The notes beneath the pieces are model-generated. The model was not told the origin of the DNA and did not search any database. It saw only the letters and a list, made by a program, of their open reading frames with translations. This document shows positions 23,333 to 34,109 of a DNA stretch of 64,000 bases, piece after piece (position 1 is the stretch's first letter; every line of letters begins with the position of its first letter). Position numbers and translations under genes: made by a program. This DNA comes from an uncultured Methanosarcinaceae archaeon. GTDB lineage: Archaea > Halobacteriota > Methanosarcinia > Methanosarcinales > Methanosarcinaceae. The stretch is taken from NCBI GenBank assembly GCA_963727895.1, contig CAVSHT010000005.1, positions 192,001 through 256,000 of the forward strand. The letters are read 5' to 3'.

Positions 23333-24063
23333 CCCATGTAAAATTTAATGGGCATAAAACCAAGCTTCTGAAGACTGTATACCCCAAAAGCTTCTTTTCT
23401 GGTTTTAAAGTCTTTTAGAGGACTGCTTTTTAACTCTCCACTAATATGTTGCATCTCAAAGCCTGTTTCAGCTGTGTTTCTATTGAGAATGTCCATGCGA
23501 GCGCGCATGTAAACATCGCCTTCATAGTAAAGTTTCATACCGTAACCGCTGAAAACTGCCTTTGAAATCGACACCCAATCCGAAGAGGCATTTCGAAGAG
23601 TCAATTCCATAATTCCTTCTTGAAGTGGGTTAGGAGAAGGTGACGTTGAATATATCTTACTTTTCCAGTGTTTACAAATGACTCCATTTGAAACTTCTCC
23701 ATAAAGAGTGAATTTCTGCCTTGCTAGGCTCAACACATCTAGAAGCTGGAGATTTTTATTTCCTTTGTCAGAGATAAATACGCCTATTTCAACAGGAATA
23801 GTCAGAAAAATCTTTCTTTTTGCTCCCCCCGCAAGAAGCAAGGTTTTCTCAAATTCTATCAGCAGGTTTGGAGTAATTTCTTTAGGAGTGTTTAAGGGTT
23901 CTACCGGGTTTATAATTATTTGTTTTTCATCTCCAAGGATAACTTTCTCTACAGTATCTGTCTCAAGTATTCTCTTGTACATCCACTGATCTCCTTCATG
24001 GGACACTGAAATAAAAATTCCATCTTGTTCCACTGAAAAAGGAGGGCTATAATAACCATACAT
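23320..24063 (-). CDS. DUF432 family protein
   Basis: NPVEP..P, PVEIGVF, KFTLYG...GVICK; overlaps the mscS start, a typical archaeal pairing. Confidence 0.8.
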   Translation of the reverse strand: MYGYYSPPFSVEQDGIFISVSHEGDQWMYKRILETDTVEKVILGDEKQIIINPVEPLNTPKEITPNLLIEFEKTLLLAGGAKRKIFLTIPVEIGVFISDKGNKNLQLLDVLSLARQKFTLYGEVSNGVICKHWKSKIYSTSPSPNPLQEGIMELTLRNASSDWVSISKAVFSGYGMKLYYEGDVYMRARMDILNRNTAETGFEMQHISGELKSSPLKDFKTRKEAFGVYSLQKLGFMPIKFYMGWGF

Positions 24064-24309
24064 AATATCCCGGAAACTAACATCTTAATCATTGTCTAAA
24101 TTTCTTAATATAGAGATGTATCGTTATAAAAATTTTACCTTTAGAGATTTTTCCTCGCAAATGTAAAAAGAAATGATAAAAAGATTGTAGAAAAAGACTA
24201 TGGAAAAAGACTGTAGAAAAAGGACAAAAATAGTTAAAACAGGAAAATAAAGTAAAAAACTAAAAAAATATTAAAAGCTAGCAGAGCAAAACATTGATAC
24301 GAAAAAATG

Positions 24310-25374
24310 TCAAACCCATTTTCTTTTCTTAAAATAGGCAAACATACTAATTGCTATAAAAGCCATACAAAGCATTACTACAGGATATCCCCAGCGCCAT
24401 TTGAGTTCAGGCATGTTTTCAAAATTCATTCCATAAACACCTACTATGAAAGTAAGAGGAATGAAAATCGTTGCTATAACTGTCAGGACCTTCATAACAT
24501 CGTTCATCCTGTAGCTTACACTGGAAAGGTAGATATCAACCATTGAAGACAAGATATCCCGTAATTCTTCAACTGAATCGATTACCTGGATAGTATGGTC
24601 ATAAATATCTCTCAGATAAATGATGGTACTCTCTCTTATAAGATCAGACTCAACCCTTTGTAATCCATTTATCAGCTCCCGAAGAGGCCAGACAGCTTTC
24701 CTGAGGGTGATCATACCCCTTTTGTACTTCTGGATAGTAGTGAGAGTTTCAGGGCTTGGATGTATTACCAGCCCTTCTTCAAGATCTTCGATTTCATCTC
24801 CAAAATACTCAAGAATTAAAAAATAGCTATCAACCACAGAATCAATGAGGCTGTAAGCAAGATAATCTACGCCACTTTTTCGCAAACGAGAAGCAGGATT
24901 TTCAAATCTTTCTCGCACAGGGTCAAAAACATCTCCGTTCCTTTCCTGAAAAGAGAGGAGATAATTGGAACCAATGATAATGCTTACCTGATCTAAAATA
25001 ATTTCTTCCTTTTTTTTATCAAAAAGCATCATTTTTAAAACTGTATAGATATATGAGTCATAATCTTCAGTCTTGGGTCTTTGCTCTGTGTTGAGTATAT
25101 CTTCAAGGGTGAGTGGATGAATATTAAAATAGCCTCCGAGCTTTTCTATAATATCTACTCTATCCAGTCCATCAACATTTATCCATAGATTGATATCAGA
25201 CTGGTCCTTAAAATCAAGACACTCGTCAACACTCTTTAGCTCTTTTTCTATGAGTTTTTCGTTGTTATAAGCCAGAACCCTTATTACTACTTTTTCGGCT
25301 TTTTTTTCCCCTATATGAACAAGTGTTCCAGGTGCAAGCCCTATTTTTGATTCTCTTGTTACAAAAGCTTCCAT
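24310..25374 (-). CDS. corA: Magnesium/cobalt transporter CorA
   Basis: GLAPGTL, HPLTLEDI, QRPK, YGMNF..MPEL. Confidence 0.97.
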   Translation of the reverse strand: MEAFVTRESKIGLAPGTLVHIGEKKAEKVVIRVLAYNNEKLIEKELKSVDECLDFKDQSDINLWINVDGLDRVDIIEKLGGYFNIHPLTLEDILNTEQRPKTEDYDSYIYTVLKMMLFDKKKEEIILDQVSIIIGSNYLLSFQERNGDVFDPVRERFENPASRLRKSGVDYLAYSLIDSVVDSYFLILEYFGDEIEDLEEGLVIHPSPETLTTIQKYKRGMITLRKAVWPLRELINGLQRVESDLIRESTIIYLRDIYDHTIQVIDSVEELRDILSSMVDIYLSSVSYRMNDVMKVLTVIATIFIPLTFIVGVYGMNFENMPELKWRWGYPVVMLCMAFIAISMFAYFKKRKWV

Positions 25375-25657
25375 GCTCGTTTCTCTGCCTCACCTTCTAG
25401 TAAAAATAGATTATTCAGTAATAAAACTCTATTGATTTAAGTATGTGCATGATTTTTTTCATAGAATTCGTTTAAGTGTTGTGATAAATTGATAATGTAT
25501 TCCAAAACATAGGGTTTTCATGTTGAAATAAGCTTTTTATATAATTCTATTTAATATATAATGCATATATTTAATAAAAAAGATATTAAATATATAATAG
25601 ATCTTTTCCAAAAATTGGGGATTTGGAAAGATCATCAGTTCTGTTATCAAATATGGG

Positions 25658-26590
25658 GTGATTAATATGGCTGAAGATCAAATTATGAATAGCATATACA
25701 GCATGCTTAATCAATTTATAGCATTTATTCCAACATTAGTAGCAATAATTCTTCTTATTATTATAGGAAAAATTTTAGGAACATTTCTCGGGAAGGTTGG
25801 TGCAAAGGCACTGGATAAAATAGGGCTTGAGGATCTAGTTGACAAAACCATAATAGGTGGAATGATAAGAAGAGGGAAGATGAGTACGGTTGGCTTTTTT
25901 GATGCAGCTATCAGATGGCTTGTTTACATCATCTTTGCCTTAATTATCCTTAATATTCTAAATATCCAGGCAGTAAATAATTTCATTAACCTGATAATAT
26001 ACTATATCCCGCTAGTGATCTCTGCATTTGTGATATTGCTGATAGGTTTCTTGATTGTGGATTTCATTGGGGATCTGGTAAAAAATCTTCTTGTTTCAAT
26101 AGGAGTAGACGAGAAATTTGAAGGGACACCTTTTGGAGCTTCAATCAGAACAGGAGGATTGACAGCTTCATTAATTATTTCTGGATTGATCAAACTGTTT
26201 GGATATCTTATATTTCTTACAACAGCATCGAATATCTTACAGTTGACCATGTTCACTCAGTTGCTTATAAGCATTACCGAATATTTGCCACGGCTTTTTA
26301 CTGGTATCTTGATCCTGATAATAGGAATCCTATCCATCGATATAGTGATGGATTACCTTACAAGTACGATAAGAGGTATGAATGTAGAAGGAGCAGAGAT
26401 CATTTTTCCTCTCCTGAGAGGCTTTTTATTCCTTATTGTGATTCTGGTAGCGCTTGATACCATGCTCGTTAATACCAGTATTCTTTACCTGTTCTTTGGT
26501 CCGCTTGCATGGGGAATTGCAATCGTGGTTGCGTTCAAGTACGGGGTTAAAGATGCACTTGTTGCATATGCTAGAGAAAAAAACAGATAA
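25658..26590 (+). CDS. Multi-pass membrane protein with repeated conserved TM helices (CmpX-like)
   Basis: Three (F/Y)(I/L)P-helix repeats; highly hydrophobic. Confidence 0.8.
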   Translation: MINMAEDQIMNSIYSMLNQFIAFIPTLVAIILLIIIGKILGTFLGKVGAKALDKIGLEDLVDKTIIGGMIRRGKMSTVGFFDAAIRWLVYIIFALIILNILNIQAVNNFINLIIYYIPLVISAFVILLIGFLIVDFIGDLVKNLLVSIGVDEKFEGTPFGASIRTGGLTASLIISGLIKLFGYLIFLTTASNILQLTMFTQLLISITEYLPRLFTGILILIIGILSIDIVMDYLTSTIRGMNVEGAEIIFPLLRGFLFLIVILVALDTMLVNTSILYLFFGPLAWGIAIVVAFKYGVKDALVAYAREKNR

Positions 26591-26769
26591 AAAGCTACAA
26601 AAAAGATCTATATTCCAATCAAAGAGACAATTGTTGCATTATATGAGAAAGGGAGTAAATTTCCCTTTCATTTATTTAAAAAGAACCTTTAAAAACCTTT
26701 ATAAAAAAGTTATTGGAAAAAAGAATCAGAGAAAAAGTGATCCCTTTACATAGAGATCTCTTAAGGTTC

Positions 26770-27882
26770 TCATAGTACTTTTTCCATGATGTTCAGGGCT
26801 CTTTTGATATCTTCCATTGAAGCTGCATAGGAAATTCTAATATGACCATCACCTTCGCTTCCGAAAGCTGTTCCAGGAGTGACAATAATACCATTTGAGA
26901 TCAATTTTGAAGCAACCTCTGCGGAATTCGAGACTTTAGGAAAAGCATAGAAAGCACCTCTAGGTGGAGGACATTCCATTCCAAGTTCGTTTAGCCCTTT
27001 TACAAGCACATCTCTGCGCTTTCTAAATTCCTCTCGCATTTCAGTTATTGTATCTTTAGGTCCTGTTACTGCGGCATAAGCAGCTTTCTGAGCAATTGAA
27101 TTGGCGCATGCCTGAATATACTGGTGCACCTTGATCATCTGGTCGATATAATCTTTCCTGGCTGCTACGTAACCGAGCCTCCAGCCAGTCATTGCATAGC
27201 TTTTTGAGGTAGCGTTTACGGTAATCACATTGTCAGAATAGCTAGCAGGACTGACATGTTCTCCTTCGTATACAAAGTACTCATAGACTTCATCTGAAAT
27301 AATAGTTATATTGTGGTCATCTGCAATTTCGGCCAGAGCTTTTACATCTTTCCTGCTTGCGACTGTACCTGTGGGATTTGAAGGAGAGTTGAAAATAATG
27401 GCTCGAGTTTTTGGAGTGATTTTCTCAAGCACAGCTTCGGGCTCCATCGAAAGATCTTCGGCAAGTGGGACACCTACAGCTTTGCCGCCAAGAATTTCAG
27501 TCAGTGCATTATAAGAAACGAATCCAGGGTTTGAGATAAGGACTTCATCCCCTTGATTAAGAAGGGCTGTAAGAGCAATGGCAAGAGCTTCAGAAGCTCC
27601 TGAGGTAACAATAATTTCCTCTGGAGAAACAAAAAACTCATTTTCATCCTTGAACTTAAAACTCAAAGCTTCTCTTAATTTGGGAATCCCTGTACCCACG
27701 GTATAACCGGTAAAACCTTCATTTATGGCTTTTATTGCTGCTGCCCTTATATGTTCTGGGGTATCAAAATCTGGCTGCCCGAGCCCAAGGTTAATTGCAT
27801 CCGACCCCGCAGCTTCGAAAATTTTTCTAATTCCAGACACATCTATTCTGGTAACATTTTCTGAAAACTTTATTTCCTTCAA
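26770..27882 (-). CDS. PLP-dependent class I/II aminotransferase (aspartate aminotransferase-like)
   Basis: GQPDF, SPSNPTG, SDEVY, SKSYAMTGWRLG. Confidence 0.95.
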   Translation of the reverse strand: MKEIKFSENVTRIDVSGIRKIFEAAGSDAINLGLGQPDFDTPEHIRAAAIKAINEGFTGYTVGTGIPKLREALSFKFKDENEFFVSPEEIIVTSGASEALAIALTALLNQGDEVLISNPGFVSYNALTEILGGKAVGVPLAEDLSMEPEAVLEKITPKTRAIIFNSPSNPTGTVASRKDVKALAEIADDHNITIISDEVYEYFVYEGEHVSPASYSDNVITVNATSKSYAMTGWRLGYVAARKDYIDQMIKVHQYIQACANSIAQKAAYAAVTGPKDTITEMREEFRKRRDVLVKGLNELGMECPPPRGAFYAFPKVSNSAEVASKLISNGIIVTPGTAFGSEGDGHIRISYAASMEDIKRALNIMEKVL

Positions 27883-27951
27883 AATGAGCCCTCCTGTATC
27901 CCTACAACTAACTGTTCTGAATACTCCAACACTTTATATCAATTCAGGCCT

Positions 27952-28566
27952 TTATTCAATGTTTGTATGTCTTGATTTAAGCTCGGCTTCCGATGCACCT
28001 GTAAGAGTAATCAGCTGAGCAATTATTGAATCAAGGAAAATAAGCGATGTAATCTCAAAAGATGTGCCCAGAGGAGGTACATTTTTGAAATCTCCCCTCA
28101 AATTTCTTTCAAGGAAACCGCCTGCATCAAGGTCATTTTTAGTTTTGCTAGGAAGGATCATAGCAATGTCCGAAGTTCTACCCAGTGTAGATTCCTTTTT
28201 AGAAGTAACTGTTATGAGGGTGGAGCCAATATCTTTTACTATTTTTCCGAGGTCTGCTATCGAATGTGTTTCTCCAGATCCTGAAATGGCAATTACCACA
28301 TCTTGTGGTCGAACAGCAGGTGTTGTAGTTTCCCCTACAACATAAACACTGAAACCAAGGTGCATAAGCCTCATTGCAAAAGCTTTGGCAACCAGCCCGG
28401 ACCTTCCAGCCCCCATTAAAAAGATTCTTTTGCCTTCCAGAATTTTTTGGATCATTGCCTTTATGGCTTCTTTGTCAAGAATATCAATAATTTCATTGAG
28501 GTTTACTGCAATCATTCTCATTGATAATAGTACATCTTCGCAGTCATTTACCTGAGCTTTTTTCAT
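27952..28566 (-). CDS. hxlB: 6-phospho-3-hexuloisomerase
   Basis: GAGRSG...FAMRLMHLG, VGETTTP, ISGSGET, PLGTSFE, RHTNIE. Confidence 0.95.
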   Translation of the reverse strand: MKKAQVNDCEDVLLSMRMIAVNLNEIIDILDKEAIKAMIQKILEGKRIFLMGAGRSGLVAKAFAMRLMHLGFSVYVVGETTTPAVRPQDVVIAISGSGETHSIADLGKIVKDIGSTLITVTSKKESTLGRTSDIAMILPSKTKNDLDAGGFLERNLRGDFKNVPPLGTSFEITSLIFLDSIIAQLITLTGASEAELKSRHTNIE

Positions 28567-28776
28567 ACGAGTTCTCCAAAAAACATTGAGTTAAGTACCT
28601 ATTAAGTACATTATAGTCAATTGATCAGATTTTTATATACCTGTCTGCGTCAATGATAGAAAACGATCCTGAAATACTTTTCCCAAACTCTTTTCTCTTT
28701 CATTATTAAGTAACGCTTCAGGGTAAATTTACGGAAGCCTCCTTTGACCTTGCCGCAACGCCATGAGCCAAAATTT

Positions 28777-29298
28777 TTACCTGCTTGTTTGAGATTCGGT
28801 TTTATAATTAATAGCTTTTAATTCCCAAATCTCAATATTATTTTTAAATTCGTGATAAAGTCTCTGGATATCGCAGTCACTCCCATTCCAATAAAAATCC
28901 TTACGTGTTTCTCCTTTTTGAAGTTCTTCAAGTATTAATTGTGATAGGTGGAATAGGGCTTTTTTACTGGAAAAGGGAATGCTATAGTTTACGCGATAAC
29001 CACCGGCTGTTTTTCCGTAGGACACGAGTGTGTACCCTTTACTTTCATATTCCGTGATCTCATCGAAGTTGCAGATTATTTCAAACTCATGAACCGTCGA
29101 CTGATCAACTTTTGCAATTCCTAGGAGTACCTGTGCAATAATATAGTCAGGAACTTTTCGTCCAAACCATACAGCGATTTTTCCGTAAGTACAGATTACA
29201 TTGATGTCATTTCTGCCCATCTCAAATGAGCCGAGGCACTGATGAGGAAAGATTGTAGCTTCCACATCTTTGGTCTTCTGGGTACACATTGCTCCCAC
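28777..29298 (-). CDS. Hypothetical protein, third gene of the GTPase/DUF2073 operon
   Basis: 173-aa ORF 5 nt downstream of DUF2073; no family recognised. Confidence 0.75.
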   Translation of the reverse strand: MGAMCTQKTKDVEATIFPHQCLGSFEMGRNDINVICTYGKIAVWFGRKVPDYIIAQVLLGIAKVDQSTVHEFEIICNFDEITEYESKGYTLVSYGKTAGGYRVNYSIPFSSKKALFHLSQLILEELQKGETRKDFYWNGSDCDIQRLYHEFKNNIEIWELKAINYKTESQTSR

Positions 29299-29303
29299 TT
29301 CGT

Positions 29304-29672
29304 TTACTTACCTGCAGAGACAAGGGCACTTATGAGGTTCCGATCTTTCTTAAGGGTTTTGAGCTGGTTTGCAGGCCCGATTACTGTAAGCCTCTTATTC
29401 CCCTGTTTTTTAAAAAATTTTCCAAGTAAAGAGCCATCGGAATTTGCAGGATAACTTTGCATTTCTATGCCTGAAAATACATCAGGCTGGATTGCTGACA
29501 TTGTCATTTCTATAAGCTTCGCTTCCTCCATCGGACTCAGGCCTTTTTCAAGCACCAGGATTTTACCTTTTCGTACTTCGTCGATTATATATCGGACTTT
29601 TTCCATTGAAGCCATTTGAGATATTCGGGCTTCAGATATTAAATCAAGTTGAATTCCCTGCATGTAAATCAC
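29304..29672 (-). CDS. DUF2073 family protein (OapB-like)
   Basis: SMEKVRYIID, LEKGLSPMEEAKLIEMTM, FSGIE, LTVIGPANQL. Confidence 0.88.
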   Translation of the reverse strand: MIYMQGIQLDLISEARISQMASMEKVRYIIDEVRKGKILVLEKGLSPMEEAKLIEMTMSAIQPDVFSGIEMQSYPANSDGSLLGKFFKKQGNKRLTVIGPANQLKTLKKDRNLISALVSAGK

Positions 29673-30310
29673 CCGAATTGTTTTGCCAGAGCTTCATAAA
29701 ATGAATCCATTCCCACTCCTTCAAGTGCTGAAACTGGCACCATGGGATGCTGAGGGAACGCATCTTTTATTCCGGAAGGATCGGCGTTAGGAAGATCTAC
29801 TTTGTTTGCCACAATAAGAAGTGGAAGGTTTCTGGCTTCCATATTTCCTATTACCGTTACATTGACCTGGGTATAGGGATTTTCGGTAGAATCCATAACC
29901 AGTATGACACCATCAAGATCATCTAGCCATTTTACAGCTTCGATTACTCCCTCTGTTGCTTCTTTGGATCTTTTCTTGGATTCTGAATCATTCATACCCT
30001 GCTCCATGAAGTCATGAAAATCGATTTTTGTGGCAAGCCCTGGTGTATCTACTATATCAAGGCTGATTGTATGCCCGTTGGTCTCGATACTTACTTCGTT
30101 CCTTCTCTTTGCATGACGGGTTTCATGGGCTATATGAGAAACGGACCCCATTGTTTCATCTCCTCCGACCCAATCCTTGAGAATACGATTGCTAAGGGTC
30201 GTCTTGCCGGCATTGGGGGGACCATAGATTCCTATGCATGCTCCTTTTTTCTTGAACAGCTTATTAAACATTTTTGAAAAGCTTACCTTAAATCGTTCTA
30301 ACATATTCAT
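29669..30310 (-). CDS. Era-like GTP-binding protein (OapA-like)
   Basis: GPPNAGKTTL, HETR, DTPG, PYTQVN, NKVD, VSAL; ATG 30310 after GGAGGG. Confidence 0.9.
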   Translation of the reverse strand: MNMLERFKVSFSKMFNKLFKKKGACIGIYGPPNAGKTTLSNRILKDWVGGDETMGSVSHIAHETRHAKRRNEVSIETNGHTISLDIVDTPGLATKIDFHDFMEQGMNDSESKKRSKEATEGVIEAVKWLDDLDGVILVMDSTENPYTQVNVTVIGNMEARNLPLLIVANKVDLPNADPSGIKDAFPQHPMVPVSALEGVGMDSFYEALAKQFG

Positions 30311-30967
30311 AGCTTCCCTCCTTTGGGAAAAGCATAGCACCTAAGGATTTATCTGATTACTTTCCTTTACAGTTGGTATTAGTAACCTTTTAAGTATTTA
30401 TAGTAAATTTTGAAACTATTATATATTATATAAGCAACTTATATTATCTTACTGAAGGAATTTGGGAAATTATAGATTATTTTCTTTTCCGGTTGCATCT
30501 GGATGAATAGGAAATATCAAGTCCTTTCTACGGTAAAATAGAAAGTGCCTCATGTAAATTAAGCCAGAATATAAATAAATTATTTTTATTGCTTGATTGC
30601 CTCACAACACTAATAAAAAGCTTTCCATATAGAAGACACCAAGTCTTTATGAATTCATTTTATTTGTATCAAAGTTCATACATGCTCTGATGTTCTTCAC
30701 TTACCTTTATATTTTTTACTATTTTTATTAATTCAACATAAAAACTATAAATTGTTTTTATGAGAATAATTTTATGGTAAACTTATTGTTTAGTCTCAAA
30801 ACATTGAGACGTAAACATATTCTCTCAAAGTTAGGATCTTCCCTATATATCTAATTTTTTTATTTTATTTGTGACATTATACTTGAAAAAAAAACGATTA
30901 TTTTATTACGACTATTATTTTATTTTTGAGACATGGAAAGCTTGTAGTTTCTCATATAGAATTTTGC

Positions 30968-31965
30968 TCATGTATCTCTAATTGCCTTATTTATAGCAAT
31001 TTCAGCTATATTGGAGCTAAGGTCTCCTATTCTAGATAAGCTGTCTACAACAATCCTAAGTGGAATCATGTTTTATATGATTCCAATTTCAGAATAGAGG
31101 CATGAAGTTCCTCTAAGCCTTCACGCATATTATCAACACTATTTATTGCCTGATTGGCAAGAAAAGCATCAGCATCAAATAGAGCCTCAATTGCCTGCCT
31201 CACCAGTTCGACGTAGGTATTATTGAGTTTCTCAATATTTTCCAGTACCTCATTGCCAACTGGAAGTTGCAACTTTCAGGCAACAGTTGCTATTTTCTGT
31301 GCGTGGTCAGCTATCTTTTCCAGTGTATTTGCTGCCATTTTAAACTCATAGTATTCCTCTATATTTATTTCTGCAGAATCCAGTACTCTTCCTCCACATG
31401 AAATTGAACGAAATTGTTTGGAGATCAAAAGATATAGCCTGTCAACCTCATCATCTCTCTGACTTACATCAAGTGCCAGATCACAATCGATAGTTTTGAG
31501 GGCCCTTATGGCATCCTTCTGCATGGATATCGCAATATGAAACATCCTTTGTACACCTCTTTTGATAGGAAGTTCATTTGGATTGAGGAGATCCTGGATA
31601 ACCACACAGCTTGAGCTTTCTTCAATAATTTCAAGGCCTATTAGTTTATGGCAAACCTTACGAATTATTTTTTTTTGATCGACCAGTATTCTTTCGGAGG
31701 AAAGTTCGATTCTATCATATCCATGGAGATATGCAGCAATGATATCTCGCTCCAGTGAGTTGATTTCACAGCCTGTCACATCAATTATTTTAGTAATTGT
31801 GATTTTCCGCTCTTCCAAATGAGGGTCTATTAATAATTTTCCTTTCGGTTGCGCTTGAAGGGAAACCCTCATGCCGGTTTTGATACCTACTGTTTCAGCC
31901 CAGTGTTTTGGCAGTGAAACTATGTAAGTTGATCCACCTGTCTGCTGTACTTTTCTCGTCTCTAT
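30968..31965 (-). pseudogene. AbrB-domain/PhoU phosphate uptake regulator, disrupted
   Basis: (I)ETRKVQQTGGSTYIVSLPKHWA N-terminus from ATA 31965; RDDEVDRLY, LEKIADHA; in-frame TGA at 31276; frameshift near 31070 before VDSLSRIGDLSSNIAEIAIN. Confidence 0.88.
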
Positions 31966-32223
31966 AGTTATTCCCCGTTTTTAGTTTAGATATTAGACAA
32001 AAGACTATAACTATATCGTACTATTTATGAAATGTTGTTTATTATTTACAGATTTTTAATAATTAGATAAATTTATTCAATTGGCAATATTTTTAAATGA
32101 ATTTTTCAGGAATAAATGCTTAAGCTCATTTATTAATCAGTATCTTCAGTTTTTAGAACATTTACATTATTACTTCGTTGTGAGGTCGCAAAAATTATTT
32201 AAGAGCAGCGCATTGAATGATTA

Positions 32224-33105
32224 ATGAGACTTAAAGGATGCGCCTGCGCTTCGGGAGCAGGAACCATTATCGCAGCATTTGCGACCTGGAAAGGTGCAGC
32301 ATTTGGAACTGGCTTAAAAACATATTCAGAAGTTGAACTCTCGGATCGCGAGCGAAAAGTCCACGGATCAATTGAAGGGATGCCTGAAGGAGATACCTTT
32401 CTTATTGAGAGGTGTGTTGAGCTTGTGCTTGAGCACTTTGAGTTTGAACTTGGAGGCACGGTTAAAACAAGCAGCAATATTCCTCTTGCTGGTGGACTCA
32501 AGAGTAGTAGCGCAGCTGCCAATGCAACTATACTGGCGACCTTAAATGCGATTGAAGAATCAATGCCTCCCCTTGACGCTGTAAAGCTTGGGGTAAGAGC
32601 TGCAAGAGAAGCAAAAGTAACGATAACAGGCTCTTTTGATGATGCATGTGCATCTTTTTTTGGAGGAGTTGTGATCACTGATAACCGGGAATTGAAGTTA
32701 CTCAAAAGAGAAGAGTATAATTCAAAAGTACTCATTTTTGCTCCGGATAGAAAAGCATTCAGTTCACAAACAAACGTTAAACGTTCACAGCTCATTGCTC
32801 CTTATGTCGATATGGCGTATGAGCTTGCACTTTCAGGAGAATATGAAAAAGCAATGACTTTAAACGGTTTCCTTTACTGCTCTGCCCTTGGCTTTGATAC
32901 TGAATTCATTCTTCGGGCCATGGAATGCGGAGTTAAAGGGGTAAGTCTATCTGGGTCTGGCCCGGCATATGTTGCACTTGTCAAAGAAAAACAGGTTGAA
33001 GATCTCAGGTTGGCCTGGGAGAACTGTGGGGTAGAAGGCAGGATTATAGAAACCTCTATAAATAACAGAGATGCAATATCTTTACAAAACGAGGGGTTCA
33101 CTTGA
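32224..33105 (+). CDS. aroK: Archaeal (GHMP-type) shikimate kinase
   Basis: IPLAGGLKSSSA, TITGSFDDA, SLSGSGP. Confidence 0.95.
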   Translation: MRLKGCACASGAGTIIAAFATWKGAAFGTGLKTYSEVELSDRERKVHGSIEGMPEGDTFLIERCVELVLEHFEFELGGTVKTSSNIPLAGGLKSSSAAANATILATLNAIEESMPPLDAVKLGVRAAREAKVTITGSFDDACASFFGGVVITDNRELKLLKREEYNSKVLIFAPDRKAFSSQTNVKRSQLIAPYVDMAYELALSGEYEKAMTLNGFLYCSALGFDTEFILRAMECGVKGVSLSGSGPAYVALVKEKQVEDLRLAWENCGVEGRIIETSINNRDAISLQNEGFT

Positions 33106-33389
33106 GCGAACTTGAATCTGTCCGCAAAGAAATAGAAGAAATTGATAGGGAAATTCTTGCCCTCATTGATCGAAGAGTAGATATGGCTGAAAGAGTACTT
33201 GAATCAAAAAGAATAAATGGAACTTCGATAAATGACCAGAAGCAAAATGAGGTTGTAATTAGTAGAGCTTTGAACACTGCAACCGAACTCAACCTTGATT
33301 TGGGATCTATAAAAGCTATTTTTGAGATTCTGATAGAGATGAGTATTGAGCGTCAGAATGAATTGAGTGGAAAGGGACGCTTACCCTAA
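33102..33389 (+). CDS. Chorismate mutase (AroQ type)
   Basis: LESVRKEIEEIDREILALIDRR..K; overlaps the aroK stop. Confidence 0.9.
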   Translation: MSELESVRKEIEEIDREILALIDRRVDMAERVLESKRINGTSINDQKQNEVVISRALNTATELNLDLGSIKAIFEILIEMSIERQNELSGKGRLP

Positions 33390-33410
33390 CTACTCGGGAG
33401 AAACTAAAAA

Positions 33411-33830
33411 ATGGTTGATATTTCAGTAATTATGGGTTCCGAATCCGATCGGCCTATTGCTAACCGTGCGACTTCGGTTCTTGAAAAAAGTAAATACACT
33501 TACGAAGTAAAAGTTATTTCTGCTCATAGGAACCCTGAGGAACTTGACTCTTACGTCTCAAGCACTGATGCAAAGGTCTTTATTACAATTGCAGGCTTAT
33601 CAGCAGCCCTTCCAGGAGTTGTAGCCTCCAAGACAAAAAGACCTGTAGTAGGAGTGCCTGTAAGTGCCAAGCTTGGCGGACTCGATGCTCTTCTCTCTAT
33701 TGCACAGATGCCTCCAGGAGTGCCTGTAGGAAGCGTAGGAATTGATAATGGGGCAAACGGTGCACATCTTGCCTTAAGAATTCTGGACTTGATTGACATA
33801 GCTAAACTTGAGAATTCGACCAAAAGTTAA
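33411..33830 (+). CDS. purE: N5-CAIR mutase / AIR carboxylase
   Basis: [30 protein letters not shown]. Confidence 0.97.
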   Translation: MVDISVIMGSESDRPIANRATSVLEKSKYTYEVKVISAHRNPEELDSYVSSTDAKVFITIAGLSAALPGVVASKTKRPVVGVPVSAKLGGLDALLSIAQMPPGVPVGSVGIDNGANGAHLALRILDLIDIAKLENSTKS

Positions 33831-34109
33831 AAATTAAAAGCCTTAATTTCATGCTTAATGGTGTAACGATTCACTACTACTAATTTTGTAGTAATAATCA
33901 CCAATAATATTATATCCAGCGGGCTAGTCCCGAAAACCTCTTTTTTAAGCCATCTCACTAATAGTAAAAAGAATATTGAAAATTAGATATAAAAATTAAA
34001 AAATAATAAGAGAATAGTTCATTTTGGTTTCTTTTAAAACATTATAACACTTTAAAATTATGAATAAATCCAAAGAAAGATTCATTCATATAGAATAAGT
34101 TTTTGAGAA

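Noticed and set aside
24180..24225. Short imperfect tandem repeats (also 56305-56335 and KEI x3 at about 60090)
   Set aside because: Two or three degenerate copies, typical slippage noise in this genome.
30340..30960. Replication origin next to the oapA-like gene
   Set aside because: AT-rich, but no recognisable ORB/G-string repeats and no cdc6/orc1 gene in the window.
31276..31278. Selenocysteine or read-through TGA in the PhoU regulator
   Set aside because: A further frameshift follows, and Methanosarcina is not known to encode Sec.
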